From positions 41,456-105,455 of IMG/VR virus record IMGVR_UViG_3300035180_001847: a stretch of 64,000 nt of DNA, one strand, 5' to 3'. This document shows positions 1-9,040 of the stretch, in pieces. The translations under genes were made by a program, and so were the position numbers. The DNA is from a virus. Position 1 is the stretch's first letter, and each line of letters begins with the position of its first letter. The notes beneath the pieces were generated by a model. It did not search any database. It was not told the DNA's origin and saw only the letters and a list, made by a program, of their open reading frames with translations.

Positions 1-1
1 A

Positions 2-268
2 CGAACGGAAATCGAAGAGTCTTTGAAAATGGCGGGAATTAACGCTGTTTGGGACACTATTGAACCAGATAAAGATAATAAAAATGCGCTTTTGCGAGAC
101 CTTGATCTTTTGGTCAAACGACGAAATCAAATTTCTCATGAAGGAGATAGAGTAACTTCTCGTAGAAGTGGAAAAACATTGCGCCCAATCACTAGACTAG
201 AAGTAGAGAATTGGATAAAGTTTGTTGAATACATCGTTCTTAAAGTTGAAAATGCATTTCCTGGCTAG
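2..268 (+). CDS. HEPN-domain protein, C-terminal part (frame open to window edge); probable gene-cassette cargo
   Basis: R-x4-H HEPN motif RRNQISH; frame stays open upstream of position 23; followed by an attC-like site. Confidence 0.7.
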   Translation, partial: RTEIEESLKMAGINAVWDTIEPDKDNKNALLRDLDLLVKRRNQISHEGDRVTSRRSGKTLRPITRLEVENWIKFVEYIVLKVENAFPG

Positions 269-282
269 ATTATGAAAAAATC

Positions 283-415
283 ACCCAATAACGTATGCTC
301 CCGACTAGCGGGAGTCTGGTTGCCATAAATAGGTTTTATCTATTCTTTGAGTTTAATTTCCTTTCGGGCATTTTCTCAGCCCCGTTCCACAAGCGGCTGA
401 CGCAAACCGCTAAGT
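283..415 (+). mobile_element. Degenerate attC-like recombination site
   Basis: ACCCAAT (R''-like) ... CGGCTGACGCAAACC-GCTAAGT (R'-like); lies right after a stop codon and before an RBS+ATG; 3' end shared with the sites at 966-1051 and 46385-46509. Confidence 0.65.
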
Positions 416-435
416 GGCTAGGGTAAAGGAGTCTA

Positions 436-987
436 ATGGCAAGGAAAGAGTTTGTCGCTGGCAAAGCGGCTGGTAGGCAGGAAGGTTATACTTCAACACA
501 CTTCACGCCCGAAACGGCTGTAATTGATTTACTTCAATTCATCCCGTTTGAAAGTGGAGATATTGCACTTGATCCTTCTGCTGGCGTAAATAAAGTTTGG
601 TTCAATAATTTTCCATGCAATAAAGATTACTGTGAAATTGATGAAGGTTTAGATTTCTTTGAGTATCCAAAACAAGTTGATTGGATCATAGGCAATCCGC
701 CTTTCACTGATTTTATAAAGTTTCTTATGCACAGCCCCAGCATTGCAAGAAAAGGGTTTGCTTATCTTATCGGGCATAGTCGTCTCAATCAGGTTACACC
801 GAAGCGATTGAGTATCTTGGAAGAAAAAGGTTTCTATTTATCAGGCATCCAAATCTGTACATTCAAAGCATGGTTTGGCAGGTATTACTTCCTGATTTTC
901 ACTCGCTCCAAGAATGAAGGTATCGGCTATTCACGAAAGAATTATAGCCATGAAGTCTCTACGCCGCAGAACAATGTGTGCTGTTAA
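436..987 (+). CDS. DNA N6-adenine (amino) methyltransferase, cassette-like
   Basis: HFTP, LDPSAG (motif I) and IIGNPPF (motif IV); AAGGAG RBS; flanked by attC-like sites. Confidence 0.8.
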   Translation: MARKEFVAGKAAGRQEGYTSTHFTPETAVIDLLQFIPFESGDIALDPSAGVNKVWFNNFPCNKDYCEIDEGLDFFEYPKQVDWIIGNPPFTDFIKFLMHSPSIARKGFAYLIGHSRLNQVTPKRLSILEEKGFYLSGIQICTFKAWFGRYYFLIFTRSKNEGIGYSRKNYSHEVSTPQNNVCC

Positions 988-1051
988 AATTTGAATAATT
1001 TTACGGTTTTATCTCGTCCCGCTCATATGCAGATAGCGCAAACCGTTGGCC
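966..1051 (+). mobile_element. Degenerate attC-like site
   Basis: GCAGAAC-AATGTGTGC ... GCAGATAGCGCAAACC-GTTGGCC; overlaps the 3' end of the methyltransferase ORF. Confidence 0.55.
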
Positions 1052-1250
1052 ATTTTCTAGCACAATAAGGTAAAAAATTATCTCGCCCGTGATGGGATTC
1101 ACATTGTTTAAAAAATAGAGAATAAAATAACTTATTATAAACTTTCCACCCCTGTATGAAACAATTATGATTGCATTTGATATCAATGATTATATTTAAT
1201 ATCAATGCAGATAAATTTAAAGAGTAAAAAGGATTTTATAAAGTGAGATA

Positions 1251-1607
1251 ATGTTGGATTTTTTGAAACAACAAATTGGTTTTTGGCAATGTGTTTTATT
1301 TATAGTTGGAATTATTTGTGTTTATGGCTGGTGGTTGTGGAGAATATATAAACCATATAAATATAAAGAACCAAAACAAAATCAACACTCCAAAGATTTG
1401 GAAAGATTGGGACAGATTAATGATGAAATTTATAATTTAACGTGTGATAGGGATTGGGAAAAAATTCAAGAACTTCGCAGGGAGCGCATAAAAATATTAA
1501 GCAAGCCTGAAAATTATAATCACTATGCCATTCAACGGGATTTGATTTGGCTTAGTATTCAAAAAATTGGTGGTAAATACTTCTATAATTCAGATGCCAA
1601 TTTGTAA
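1251..1607 (+). CDS. Hypothetical membrane-anchored protein
   Basis: N-terminal hydrophobic segment followed by a charged domain. Confidence 0.6.
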   Translation: MLDFLKQQIGFWQCVLFIVGIICVYGWWLWRIYKPYKYKEPKQNQHSKDLERLGQINDEIYNLTCDRDWEKIQELRRERIKILSKPENYNHYAIQRDLIWLSIQKIGGKYFYNSDANL

Positions 1608-1835
1608 TTTGACGGGTGAGAATTAATGTTTTTGTTAAATTATAAATATGGAATATTTATTAATATGTAATATGTATTAAGAAGAGCAATAGCGGAGATA
1701 AAAGATAAAAAAATTTTTTATTAATGGTGGTTGAAGAAAAAAAGAGAGAGAAAGAAAGAAAAAAATAATCAACTGGAAGTATGAATGAGTTGATATAATT
1801 TATGTAGATAAGGATACTAACAACATAGAAAATAT

Positions 1836-2105
1836 ATGAATATTCGCAATTTTTATTTATTTGTAACAAGTCATAAAAATATTTCTTTGGATTGTGTAAA
1901 CCCAACTAATCAGCCTGATTTAGATATAATGGATTTAGATGATAATTTGAGTTTGGAGGAATTGAATAATATGGATATGGATGATGTTGAAGATGAAGAT
2001 AAATATTTGGATTGGGAAAGTTTTTTTGAAGTAAATAAACACGGCGAGGGGAGATGGTCAGAAATGTCTTATAATAGATATTGTCAAGGAATTTTGGATC
2101 AATAA
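1836..2105 (+). CDS. Hypothetical acidic protein
   Basis: ORF directly upstream of the RNAP gene; Asp/Glu rich. Confidence 0.5.
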   Translation: MNIRNFYLFVTSHKNISLDCVNPTNQPDLDIMDLDDNLSLEELNNMDMDDVEDEDKYLDWESFFEVNKHGEGRWSEMSYNRYCQGILDQ

Positions 2106-2171
2106 AAAAGGTGTTTATATTGAAAACTTTTTTTAGATAAAATAATTTTTTGTGAAAGGAAATATTGAGCC

Positions 2172-4904
2172 TTGTCCCGAAAAATACAATCCTTTTATGT
2201 ATTAAAATTAGAAAGCGAAAAACTAAAAAAACACGGATATAAAATTAAAATAGATTTGAACGAGGCAAGAAAAAACAATGAAGTGGTATCATTGGCAAAT
2301 AGTCAAATGATACGGACGATACAAGAAGTTATAAAATCAAGTTATTCTCAGAAAAAATTAGATAGATTAGTAAAAAGAAAAAAAGCATTAGGAAATCAAA
2401 AAAATAAATCGATTTATCGAAAAGAATTGAGCGATATTCAAAATGAAATAGATAAGTTATTGTTTATTCCTGAATTGATAGTAATTCATTTTAATCATAC
2501 ATCACATTATAAAACAATTATTAAAAAGGGTCTTTTTATAAATGACAAAGAATATGTTAGATTAATGACGGGAGCGGGTCACGCTCGTCGTAATTCCAGT
2601 ATCTTCATTGAAAAAAATATTTGGATGAATGTCAATGAAATATTTGAAAATGGAAGAAACAAAAACGTTCCTCTAGTGTATAGCAAGTATAATGCCTATT
2701 ATGGACTTTATGCTTCGGCAACTCAACCCGTCTCATTTCCTCGTATAGCAGTTGTGCCAGACCTTGAATTGGAATTTATAAGAACATTTGATTTTGTTGA
2801 AGAAGTCGAACAGGAAGATGATTTGGTTTATGAAAAAATAATGCCCGTCAAGCAAAATATTTTTGATGGTATGGGATTGATAAGCATTGAATTTGCGAAA
2901 CAATGGCAGTCAGACCTTGAACTTGATTATCTTCCATCTGGATTTATATTTAGAGGGGGATTTTTCAAAGGAATGCTTGCAACATTTGATATAAAAATGT
3001 TTGCCAAAGAAAATAATTCTTTTGAAATAAAAGATGTTTGGGGAAATATTCATAATGTAAAAGATATTGATATTATTGCAACCCAATCACAATTCAAATT
3101 ATGGATGTGCTATAATTCAATTGATGACTACCGTGAAAACTGTGTAAAAAACAATATTGGATTTGGGGTAAGCAGAGTTTCTCCAAAAAAACAAAAAGAT
3201 TTTTTTTATTCATCATATCAATATTTACAGGTATTGAATGAAGATAAAGTCAATATTGAAAAATTATGTGAACCAACCTTAAATTATTTCAAAGATGTTT
3301 CTTCTGATGATGCTAATAAGGCAATTTTATATTTATTGGGCGATAAGGATTATCAAGATTTAGAAAAATTATTCGAGCAAATTGATAATAACGTGTTGAA
3401 AGCGCTCATGATAAATAAAAATGTCATAAAAGATAATCATATAAAAAACCATATTTTCAAGACTATTAATAAAAAGATACGAAATTCCTTCATGGGGAAT
3501 CTTATTCTTGATGGATGTTATCAAATGAATATTGCTGATCCTGTGGCTTTCATGCAACACGCTCTGGGTCTTTTGGTAACGGGATTGCTAAAAGATAAAG
3601 AATATTATTCTAAATACTGGTCATCAAGAAAAATAAATAAAATCGCAACGGGTAGAAGTCCTTTAACTTGGAGAAGTGAATTAAATGTCTTAAATCTTAT
3701 TGACAATAATGATACTGAGAAATGGTACAAATATTTGAGTGACGGGATTATAACCAATATTTATGGTGATGACAACTATCGTTGGGCGGATTCCGATATG
3801 GATGGTGATTTGATTTTTTCTACATCTAATGAATACTTGATAAATGGGGCATTTGGCGGAAATCCAATCACATATAATCGTGACTCTGGAAATAAGGATA
3901 TTATAAATACCGATGAATTATATAAAAGCGATATTGATAGTTATGGTTCGCGCATTGGTGTTTTAACCAATTATTCAACAACATCGTATTCAATGCTTTC
4001 CATGTTTGGTAACAAGGACAGTGAAGAATATAAAACCATTATAAATAGATTGAAAATAACAAGAAAAAATCAGGGTCAGGAAATTGATAAGGCGAAATTG
4101 GGCGGATTTATAAAACCAATTCCTGAATGGGCTAAGTATAGGCACATAAAAAATTCCATGACCGAAGAAGAAAAAAATAAAATTAGGCTTCACAATAGAC
4201 TTCTTCTTGATCGTCGTCCTTTGTGGATGATTTATCTTTATCCTCACAAAATGAATGAATTTCGTCGTTTCAATAAGATATATGAAAACTATGTTCAAAG
4301 TAAAATGGGATTTTCTCTGGAAACATTGTTGAATAAAAAAGATAGAAACAAGAAGGAAAACGACATTTATAATAGTTATGTAAGATATTCTCCATTTATT
4401 GTTGAAGATAAGTCTATTATGATGAAGATTTATCAATATATGATTCAATCTGTTCGTGAACATAAACTTAAGATGAAAAACGATTCATTGACATTTGATT
4501 ATACCATATATCTAAATAAATCCATCCCTAAAAACTCATATAAACTGCAACAGATGGAAAATTTACTAAAAGAATATAAGTCCGCTAAAAAGAATTTATC
4601 TGTTACCAATAATTTTGAAAACAAAGAACAAGTCTTTTCTATTTTGAGAAATAAGGCTGAATTTAATATAAGTAATAATATATCAGAATTAACAAATTTG
4701 GCTGTTGAGGTTTGTTATGAAAAAGGAACTGTAAATTCAAGGCAATTTGTTTTTGATCTGTTTGGCGATGGTATTATTCAGAATCTCTTGACAAATAATG
4801 GAAATAAGATTATGATACCAGTTCTTACTGAACCATCTGGAGATTTGGAATTTCTTGGAAAACACTATTCATTGAAAGAGGTTAAAATAAATAATGTCGT
4901 ATAA
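2172..4904 (+). CDS. yonO: YonO-like single-subunit DNA-dependent RNA polymerase (cellular RdRP-like double-psi barrel family)
   Basis: 910 aa; catalytic DxDGD (DSDMDGD), FDGMG, KGML and GRSP motifs; position before HU, phosphoesterase and terminase matches SPbeta yonO-yonN-yonJ-yonF. Confidence 0.88.
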   Translation: MSRKIQSFYVLKLESEKLKKHGYKIKIDLNEARKNNEVVSLANSQMIRTIQEVIKSSYSQKKLDRLVKRKKALGNQKNKSIYRKELSDIQNEIDKLLFIPELIVIHFNHTSHYKTIIKKGLFINDKEYVRLMTGAGHARRNSSIFIEKNIWMNVNEIFENGRNKNVPLVYSKYNAYYGLYASATQPVSFPRIAVVPDLELEFIRTFDFVEEVEQEDDLVYEKIMPVKQNIFDGMGLISIEFAKQWQSDLELDYLPSGFIFRGGFFKGMLATFDIKMFAKENNSFEIKDVWGNIHNVKDIDIIATQSQFKLWMCYNSIDDYRENCVKNNIGFGVSRVSPKKQKDFFYSSYQYLQVLNEDKVNIEKLCEPTLNYFKDVSSDDANKAILYLLGDKDYQDLEKLFEQIDNNVLKALMINKNVIKDNHIKNHIFKTINKKIRNSFMGNLILDGCYQMNIADPVAFMQHALGLLVTGLLKDKEYYSKYWSSRKINKIATGRSPLTWRSELNVLNLIDNNDTEKWYKYLSDGIITNIYGDDNYRWADSDMDGDLIFSTSNEYLINGAFGGNPITYNRDSGNKDIINTDELYKSDIDSYGSRIGVLTNYSTTSYSMLSMFGNKDSEEYKTIINRLKITRKNQGQEIDKAKLGGFIKPIPEWAKYRHIKNSMTEEEKNKIRLHNRLLLDRRPLWMIYLYPHKMNEFRRFNKIYENYVQSKMGFSLETLLNKKDRNKKENDIYNSYVRYSPFIVEDKSIMMKIYQYMIQSVREHKLKMKNDSLTFDYTIYLNKSIPKNSYKLQQMENLLKEYKSAKKNLSVTNNFENKEQVFSILRNKAEFNISNNISELTNLAVEVCYEKGTVNSRQFVFDLFGDGIIQNLLTNNGNKIMIPVLTEPSGDLEFLGKHYSLKEVKINNVV

Positions 4905-5171
4905 AATTTTGAATATTGATAATATGCAATATCAGACAGAAGAACAAGCGGATTTAATATTTTGCGATTTTGTGTATGAGGATTTAAATTTTCAATGGGT
5001 GGACAAATATTGGAGATTTTTAAAAGAGGGGGGAGTATGGGGAAGTAGAATGTGCGGGAGGCAATCTTGAATAATGTAAATTATGTTGGAATTGAATATG
5101 ATAAAGAACCGTTTGAATTAGCGCAAAAACGATTAAAAGAAGTTTATGAGAAGAAAAATACTAATTCTTAA
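4894..5171 (+). pseudogene. Internally deleted, frameshifted DNA methyltransferase remnant
   Basis: ATG at 4894 gives ...DLIFCDFVY...LKEGG; a second frame gives EAILNNVNYVGIEYDKEPFELAQKRL, a typical N4/N6 MTase C-terminus; the central region is missing. Confidence 0.6.
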
Positions 5172-5922
5172 TGAAATTACTCAAGCAGAAAAAATATTGA
5201 AGAATGGTTTCACCAATGGCATAATGTTTGGAGAATTAATGTTGTTGGCAAAATATTTTAAAGCATTGGGACTTAGACCAAAAAAAATTAAGGAAAAAAT
5301 TGTCGAGTTTTGTACAAAAGAAGATAAATTTTTTAATGTTGATGTTTATGATAAAATGATAGCGACAGCTATAAATAAGTCCAAAAATTATAAGATCAAA
5401 TCTGTTGAAGGCATAAATATCCCCATCTTTGAAGAAGAAATAGATGTCATAAAATTTTTACCTCACCGTTTATATAAAATATTGTTTGTAATGCTTGCTC
5501 TTTCCAAGTATCAGAAATTTTTTCATTCCAGGATAAAAAATAAGAAAAGAAAAAGAATGTCTTATTTTTTGAATTTTGTGGATTTTGAAGATATATGTAG
5601 AATGGCTGGATTAGGAAGCAAAAATATAACCAAAAAATTAATTTATAAAATTCGTTATGAATTGGATGGGAAGGGCGGATTTATATCGTCCAGCAAATTC
5701 TCAGAATCCAGTTATCAAATAATGTTTGCTAGGGATGAAGGTAAAATAATTTCTTTGGTGAGGGATTTAGAAAATATAATAGATTTTATTCCTTATTTTT
5801 GCGTGGATTGTAAAAAACAATTTGATAAAAAGGGTAAACGTGATAGATGTGATGACTGCTATTTAGAATATAGAAGGAAAATCAATAGAGAAAATATGAA
5901 ACGTTCCAGAAAAGAAGCATGA
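5146..5922 (+). CDS. Hypothetical phage protein with C-terminal CxxC...CxxC zinc site
   Basis: CVDC...RCDDC at the C-terminus; basic; adjacent to the RNAP gene. Confidence 0.7.
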   Translation: MRRKILILNEITQAEKILKNGFTNGIMFGELMLLAKYFKALGLRPKKIKEKIVEFCTKEDKFFNVDVYDKMIATAINKSKNYKIKSVEGINIPIFEEEIDVIKFLPHRLYKILFVMLALSKYQKFFHSRIKNKKRKRMSYFLNFVDFEDICRMAGLGSKNITKKLIYKIRYELDGKGGFISSSKFSESSYQIMFARDEGKIISLVRDLENIIDFIPYFCVDCKKQFDKKGKRDRCDDCYLEYRRKINRENMKRSRKEA

Positions 5923-5981
5923 AAATTTGTGTACAGATGTAATACTTATCTAATTAATGAAAGAGGATAAAATAAACAAAA

Positions 5982-6398
5982 ATGACCGGAAAACGAAGTA
6001 AACCAAAAAACGAAAATTTTCTTGATACTGACCAATTTGCACGAGAGCTTGCTCAAAGAGCAAAGTTCTCTTTAAGTGATACCAAAATATTCATGAAGGA
6101 ATATCAAGGTATATTCGAGGATTGTATTGAACAAAACATAGATATTGATTTAAGGGGTTTTGTACATTTATATATACAGACAATTCCGGCGCACGAGGGA
6201 AACAATGCAAGAGAATCGAGGCTTAGAGGCGGTGAGCCAGTTAAACAATGGTTTCCCGAATCAAAAAGAATTACAATTAAGGTTGCAAAAAACTTGACGG
6301 ATATTCTTCGGAGTCCTGAAAAGAAAAAAATTCAAAATTCCAAATCTACAAAAGATGCCTTACGTCAAATGACCTTGGATGAAAATATGGGTGGATAA
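5982..6398 (+). CDS. HU/IHF-like DNA-binding protein (YonN-like)
   Basis: FARELAQRA...IDLRGFV...PAHEGNN...PESKRITIKVAKNL follows the HU fold pattern; synteny with SPbeta. Confidence 0.75.
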   Translation: MTGKRSKPKNENFLDTDQFARELAQRAKFSLSDTKIFMKEYQGIFEDCIEQNIDIDLRGFVHLYIQTIPAHEGNNARESRLRGGEPVKQWFPESKRITIKVAKNLTDILRSPEKKKIQNSKSTKDALRQMTLDENMGG

Positions 6399-6410
6399 AG
6401 AGGTTGTTTT

Positions 6411-6851
6411 ATGAACTCATTAGCTGTCAAACCCGTTACAAATGAGATCGTTCAGGTGAAAACTCAAATAAGAAGATTTTGTTCTTGTTGCGGTGCATTT
6501 GTCAGAGGTGAAGATTATCATTGTACCATGCGACCTATTGAACTTAGATACATCATTGGCGCATCTATTTATGTGGAATGGCCTTATATTTGGAAAACAA
6601 ATGAATATGGTTCGGGGAATAGGTATAAATATTTTTTAAAGCCAATTAGAGTTATTTTGAAAAATGGTCAATTCTTTAGTTCCAGAGAAATTGTTGGTGA
6701 GAATGGTGGCAGCATATATATTGGAGCATTTCAGACTTTTGATGCCATTGAATTACATGAAAAAAATAAGGAATTATGGCCTACGGTTGAACAAGCCGAA
6801 AGAGCCGTTCATCATCCAGATGAAATTTTATATTCCAATTTTATGGGATGA
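6411..6851 (+). CDS. Hypothetical protein
   Basis: GAGG RBS; in-operon ORF. Confidence 0.6.
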   Translation: MNSLAVKPVTNEIVQVKTQIRRFCSCCGAFVRGEDYHCTMRPIELRYIIGASIYVEWPYIWKTNEYGSGNRYKYFLKPIRVILKNGQFFSSREIVGENGGSIYIGAFQTFDAIELHEKNKELWPTVEQAERAVHHPDEILYSNFMG

Positions 6852-6964
6852 ATTTTTATAAACAACTAAATAAATAGGCTTTTTTAAGTGCTTGATTATT
6901 TAATTTTTATAAAAATGCTTTTTTGAAGATATATTTTATTTCTACGAGAGAGGAAAAAATAAAG

Positions 6965-7192
6965 ATGAATTTAAATGATAGAACCGTGAAATATTTCAAT
7001 ACGGACAATCGATGGGTCGGTATTGATCCAGAAAACATTAAAGAGGGTATGACTTTTCAAGTTTTTGAATTGAATGGTTCTCCGGTTATTCAAGATCGCG
7101 CGGCAATTTTTACCGCCGCGTCCGATTCCAAAAATATTGGAGGAATCATAACTGTACAAGTTATCATAGACCCCGCATTCCAAGTTTTTTAG
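6965..7192 (+). CDS. Hypothetical protein
   Basis: ATG at 6965 downstream of GAGAGG. Confidence 0.55.
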   Translation: MNLNDRTVKYFNTDNRWVGIDPENIKEGMTFQVFELNGSPVIQDRAAIFTAASDSKNIGGIITVQVIIDPAFQVF

Positions 7193-7264
7193 AAATCAAG
7201 ATAGAAAAAAGTGAAATCTTTGAAAAATAAATGTGATAAATAAATTGATAGATGAGAATTTATA

Positions 7265-7456
7265 ATGAAACATTCAGCAAGAAAAATTAGTAAAAAATAT
7301 CTGCCCAAAGGCTTGATTCGTAAATTGGATAAAAGTGATGGAAAGAGAAAATGGTTTTTAGGAAAAGATAAAAAATGGGATACGCTTCATCAAGTTGTGC
7401 TTGATTTAGGATACACGCCGGAAAAGAAATCATTGGATTCCCGCAAAGACATCTAA
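7265..7456 (+). CDS. Hypothetical basic protein
   Basis: ORF only. Confidence 0.5.
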   Translation: MKHSARKISKKYLPKGLIRKLDKSDGKRKWFLGKDKKWDTLHQVVLDLGYTPEKKSLDSRKDI

Positions 7457-7508
7457 CAAGCCATTTAAAGTAATGAAAGAGTAATTTTATGAACGGAGGA
7501 GGCGAAAT

Positions 7509-7901
7509 ATGAGCGATTATGTTTTAACGGGTTTCACCACCAATGTTCTTACAATTCCAAATATAACAACGGCGGATGATTTATTTTTTACGGTAAAAGC
7601 CGATTTATCTCTTGATGATACTCATAGTATTTTAAAAATATCTCAAACAGCAGGATTGTTGATTTTATATGGACAAACTATTCCAATAAACGGAACGAAT
7701 ATTATAACATCCAACGATGGTTCAATTGCCATATCTGGATTGAATCTTATTGTGACATTAAGTGCGTTAGCTTCAAGCGCTCTGCCCAATGCCGTTGGAT
7801 TATTTGGAGATATTCGATCTAAAACAATAATTGGGAATATTATATCTGTTCAAAAAAGTTTTACGTTGGATATAAATTATCCAGTTGGTCATTCGATTTA
7901 A
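7509..7901 (+). CDS. Hypothetical beta-rich protein, possibly virion-associated
   Basis: Strong GGAGGAGG RBS; LFFTVK..D.DD pattern; beta-rich composition. Confidence 0.6.
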   Translation: MSDYVLTGFTTNVLTIPNITTADDLFFTVKADLSLDDTHSILKISQTAGLLILYGQTIPINGTNIITSNDGSIAISGLNLIVTLSALASSALPNAVGLFGDIRSKTIIGNIISVQKSFTLDINYPVGHSI

Positions 7902-7935
7902 TTATATGTAGATAAAAAGGAGAAAAAATAAAAAA

Positions 7936-8247
7936 ATGGAAAATACTTTGGCTTCAATTATTTTGGGAATTGCTGGCGTGATTCTTTCTTTGATTTTTAG
8001 TTATTTCCCTGTCGCGCAAAAATGGTACGATGCCCAGTCAAATAAAGGTCTGTTGATGCTTGCTTTCAATGTTATTGTTGCTGGAGCATACTTTGGTTTA
8101 TCTTGCACTCCATTTGCCGCTCAGTTTCATATTTCCGTAAGCTGCGATCAGAATGGGGTATTCAATATGCTTCAAGCATTGTTTGTAATGGCTTCTAGTA
8201 ATCAACTGACTCTTCTGTTTTCCAAATCAGGAACTCCAAAAAATTGA
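7936..8247 (+). CDS. Putative holin (2-3 TM membrane protein)
   Basis: 103 aa with hydrophobic helices; LSLIFSYFP..WY...K.LLML pattern recalled from Chloroflexota phage membrane proteins. Confidence 0.55.
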   Translation: MENTLASIILGIAGVILSLIFSYFPVAQKWYDAQSNKGLLMLAFNVIVAGAYFGLSCTPFAAQFHISVSCDQNGVFNMLQALFVMASSNQLTLLFSKSGTPKN

Positions 8248-8259
8248 ATTTTCCACCCC

Positions 8260-8289
8260 TTGACAAGATAAGGGGTATTGTGCTATAAT
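8260..8289 (+). promoter_or_regulatory. Sigma70-type promoter upstream of an ncRNA candidate and tRNA-Gly
   Basis: TTGACA-N18-TATAAT with extended -10 TG; overlaps hairpin ACCCCTT/AAGGGGT. Confidence 0.7.
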
Positions 8290-8295
8290 GCTTAG

Positions 8296-8449
8296 AATAT
8301 TGGTAGTGAGAGAAAGTTTCATCTTAGCTTACGAATAATTGCGCGTATAGCTGTATGATGGATGCCCACTTATCAGGGTATGACACCTCCTAACGCATGG
8401 GTTGAGGCCATATAGATGGTTCTTATAAAACAAGATAAGTACCAATGCT
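8296..8449 (+). ncRNA. Unassigned multibranch structured RNA candidate
   Basis: Closing helix ATTGGTA/TACCAAT; internal helices AGCT-TACG/CGTA-AGCT, ATGCCC/GGGTAT, CCTC/GAGG, TCTT/AAGA; GC-richer than flanks; own promoter. Confidence 0.45.
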
Positions 8450-8505
8450 TTGAAAACATAATCGTTTTTTAAAATGCCCTATAAAAATTAGGGAATAAAC
8501 CATAT

Positions 8506-8576
8506 GCGGATTTGGCAGAACGATCATGCACTTGCCTTCCAGGCAATGTAAGAGGGTTTGACTCCCTCAACCCGCT
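8506..8576 (+). tRNA. tRNA-Gly(TCC), somewhat degenerate
   Basis: Cloverleaf GCGGATT/AACCCGC; anticodon loop CT-TCC-AG; T arm GAGGG-TTTGACT-CCCTC; some mismatches; CTA instead of CCA. Confidence 0.75.
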
Positions 8577-8686
8577 CTAAATACAAAACATTTTTTAAAT
8601 AAAACCGATTTTTAATGACGGAAATCATTTCATTCAAACGATTTGTCCATAAATAAAAAATTGAAAAATGAATAAGGAAAATATAG

Positions 8687-9037
8687 ATGAATAGTTCTAT
8701 CATAGGCGTTGGTAAAGTTGTGGTTGAGTTTGCTGCTGTAATGGATAAACCAAATATCAATGCTAACATTGTTGGTATAGTTGGAAAAAATTATTCTTTT
8801 AAGGTAATTTTTCAATCTTGTCCAATGTCATTATCTAAAAACAATTCTATAAATGATTTGTGGTTTCAGACGAGTGACCACAGATGGATTCCAATGAAAA
8901 TTGGAAATAAGCAATATTGTTCTTTTATTCCTTATAAAACAATTTTTATAAAAGATATTGGCGAAGAGCCAATTTCCATAATGGATGAAAACAACAATCA
9001 TTATATTTTATATCCAAATGATTTGGTAAAGGAATAA
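8687..9037 (+). CDS. Hypothetical protein, possible SH3b-like domain
   Basis: V.DKPN.NANIVG...W......WI pattern resembles SH3b. Confidence 0.5.
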   Translation: MNSSIIGVGKVVVEFAAVMDKPNINANIVGIVGKNYSFKVIFQSCPMSLSKNNSINDLWFQTSDHRWIPMKIGNKQYCSFIPYKTIFIKDIGEEPISIMDENNNHYILYPNDLVKE

Positions 9038-9040
9038 TAA

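Noticed and set aside
2172-4904. True RNA-dependent RNA polymerase or RNA virus insert
   Set aside because: Context is a dsDNA phage with SPbeta-like gene order; the DxDGD protein is best explained as a YonO-like DNA-dependent enzyme.
8524-8815. Minus-strand ORFs 8524-8769 and 8630-8815
   Set aside because: Antisense shadows of tRNA-Gly and the 8687-9037 gene.
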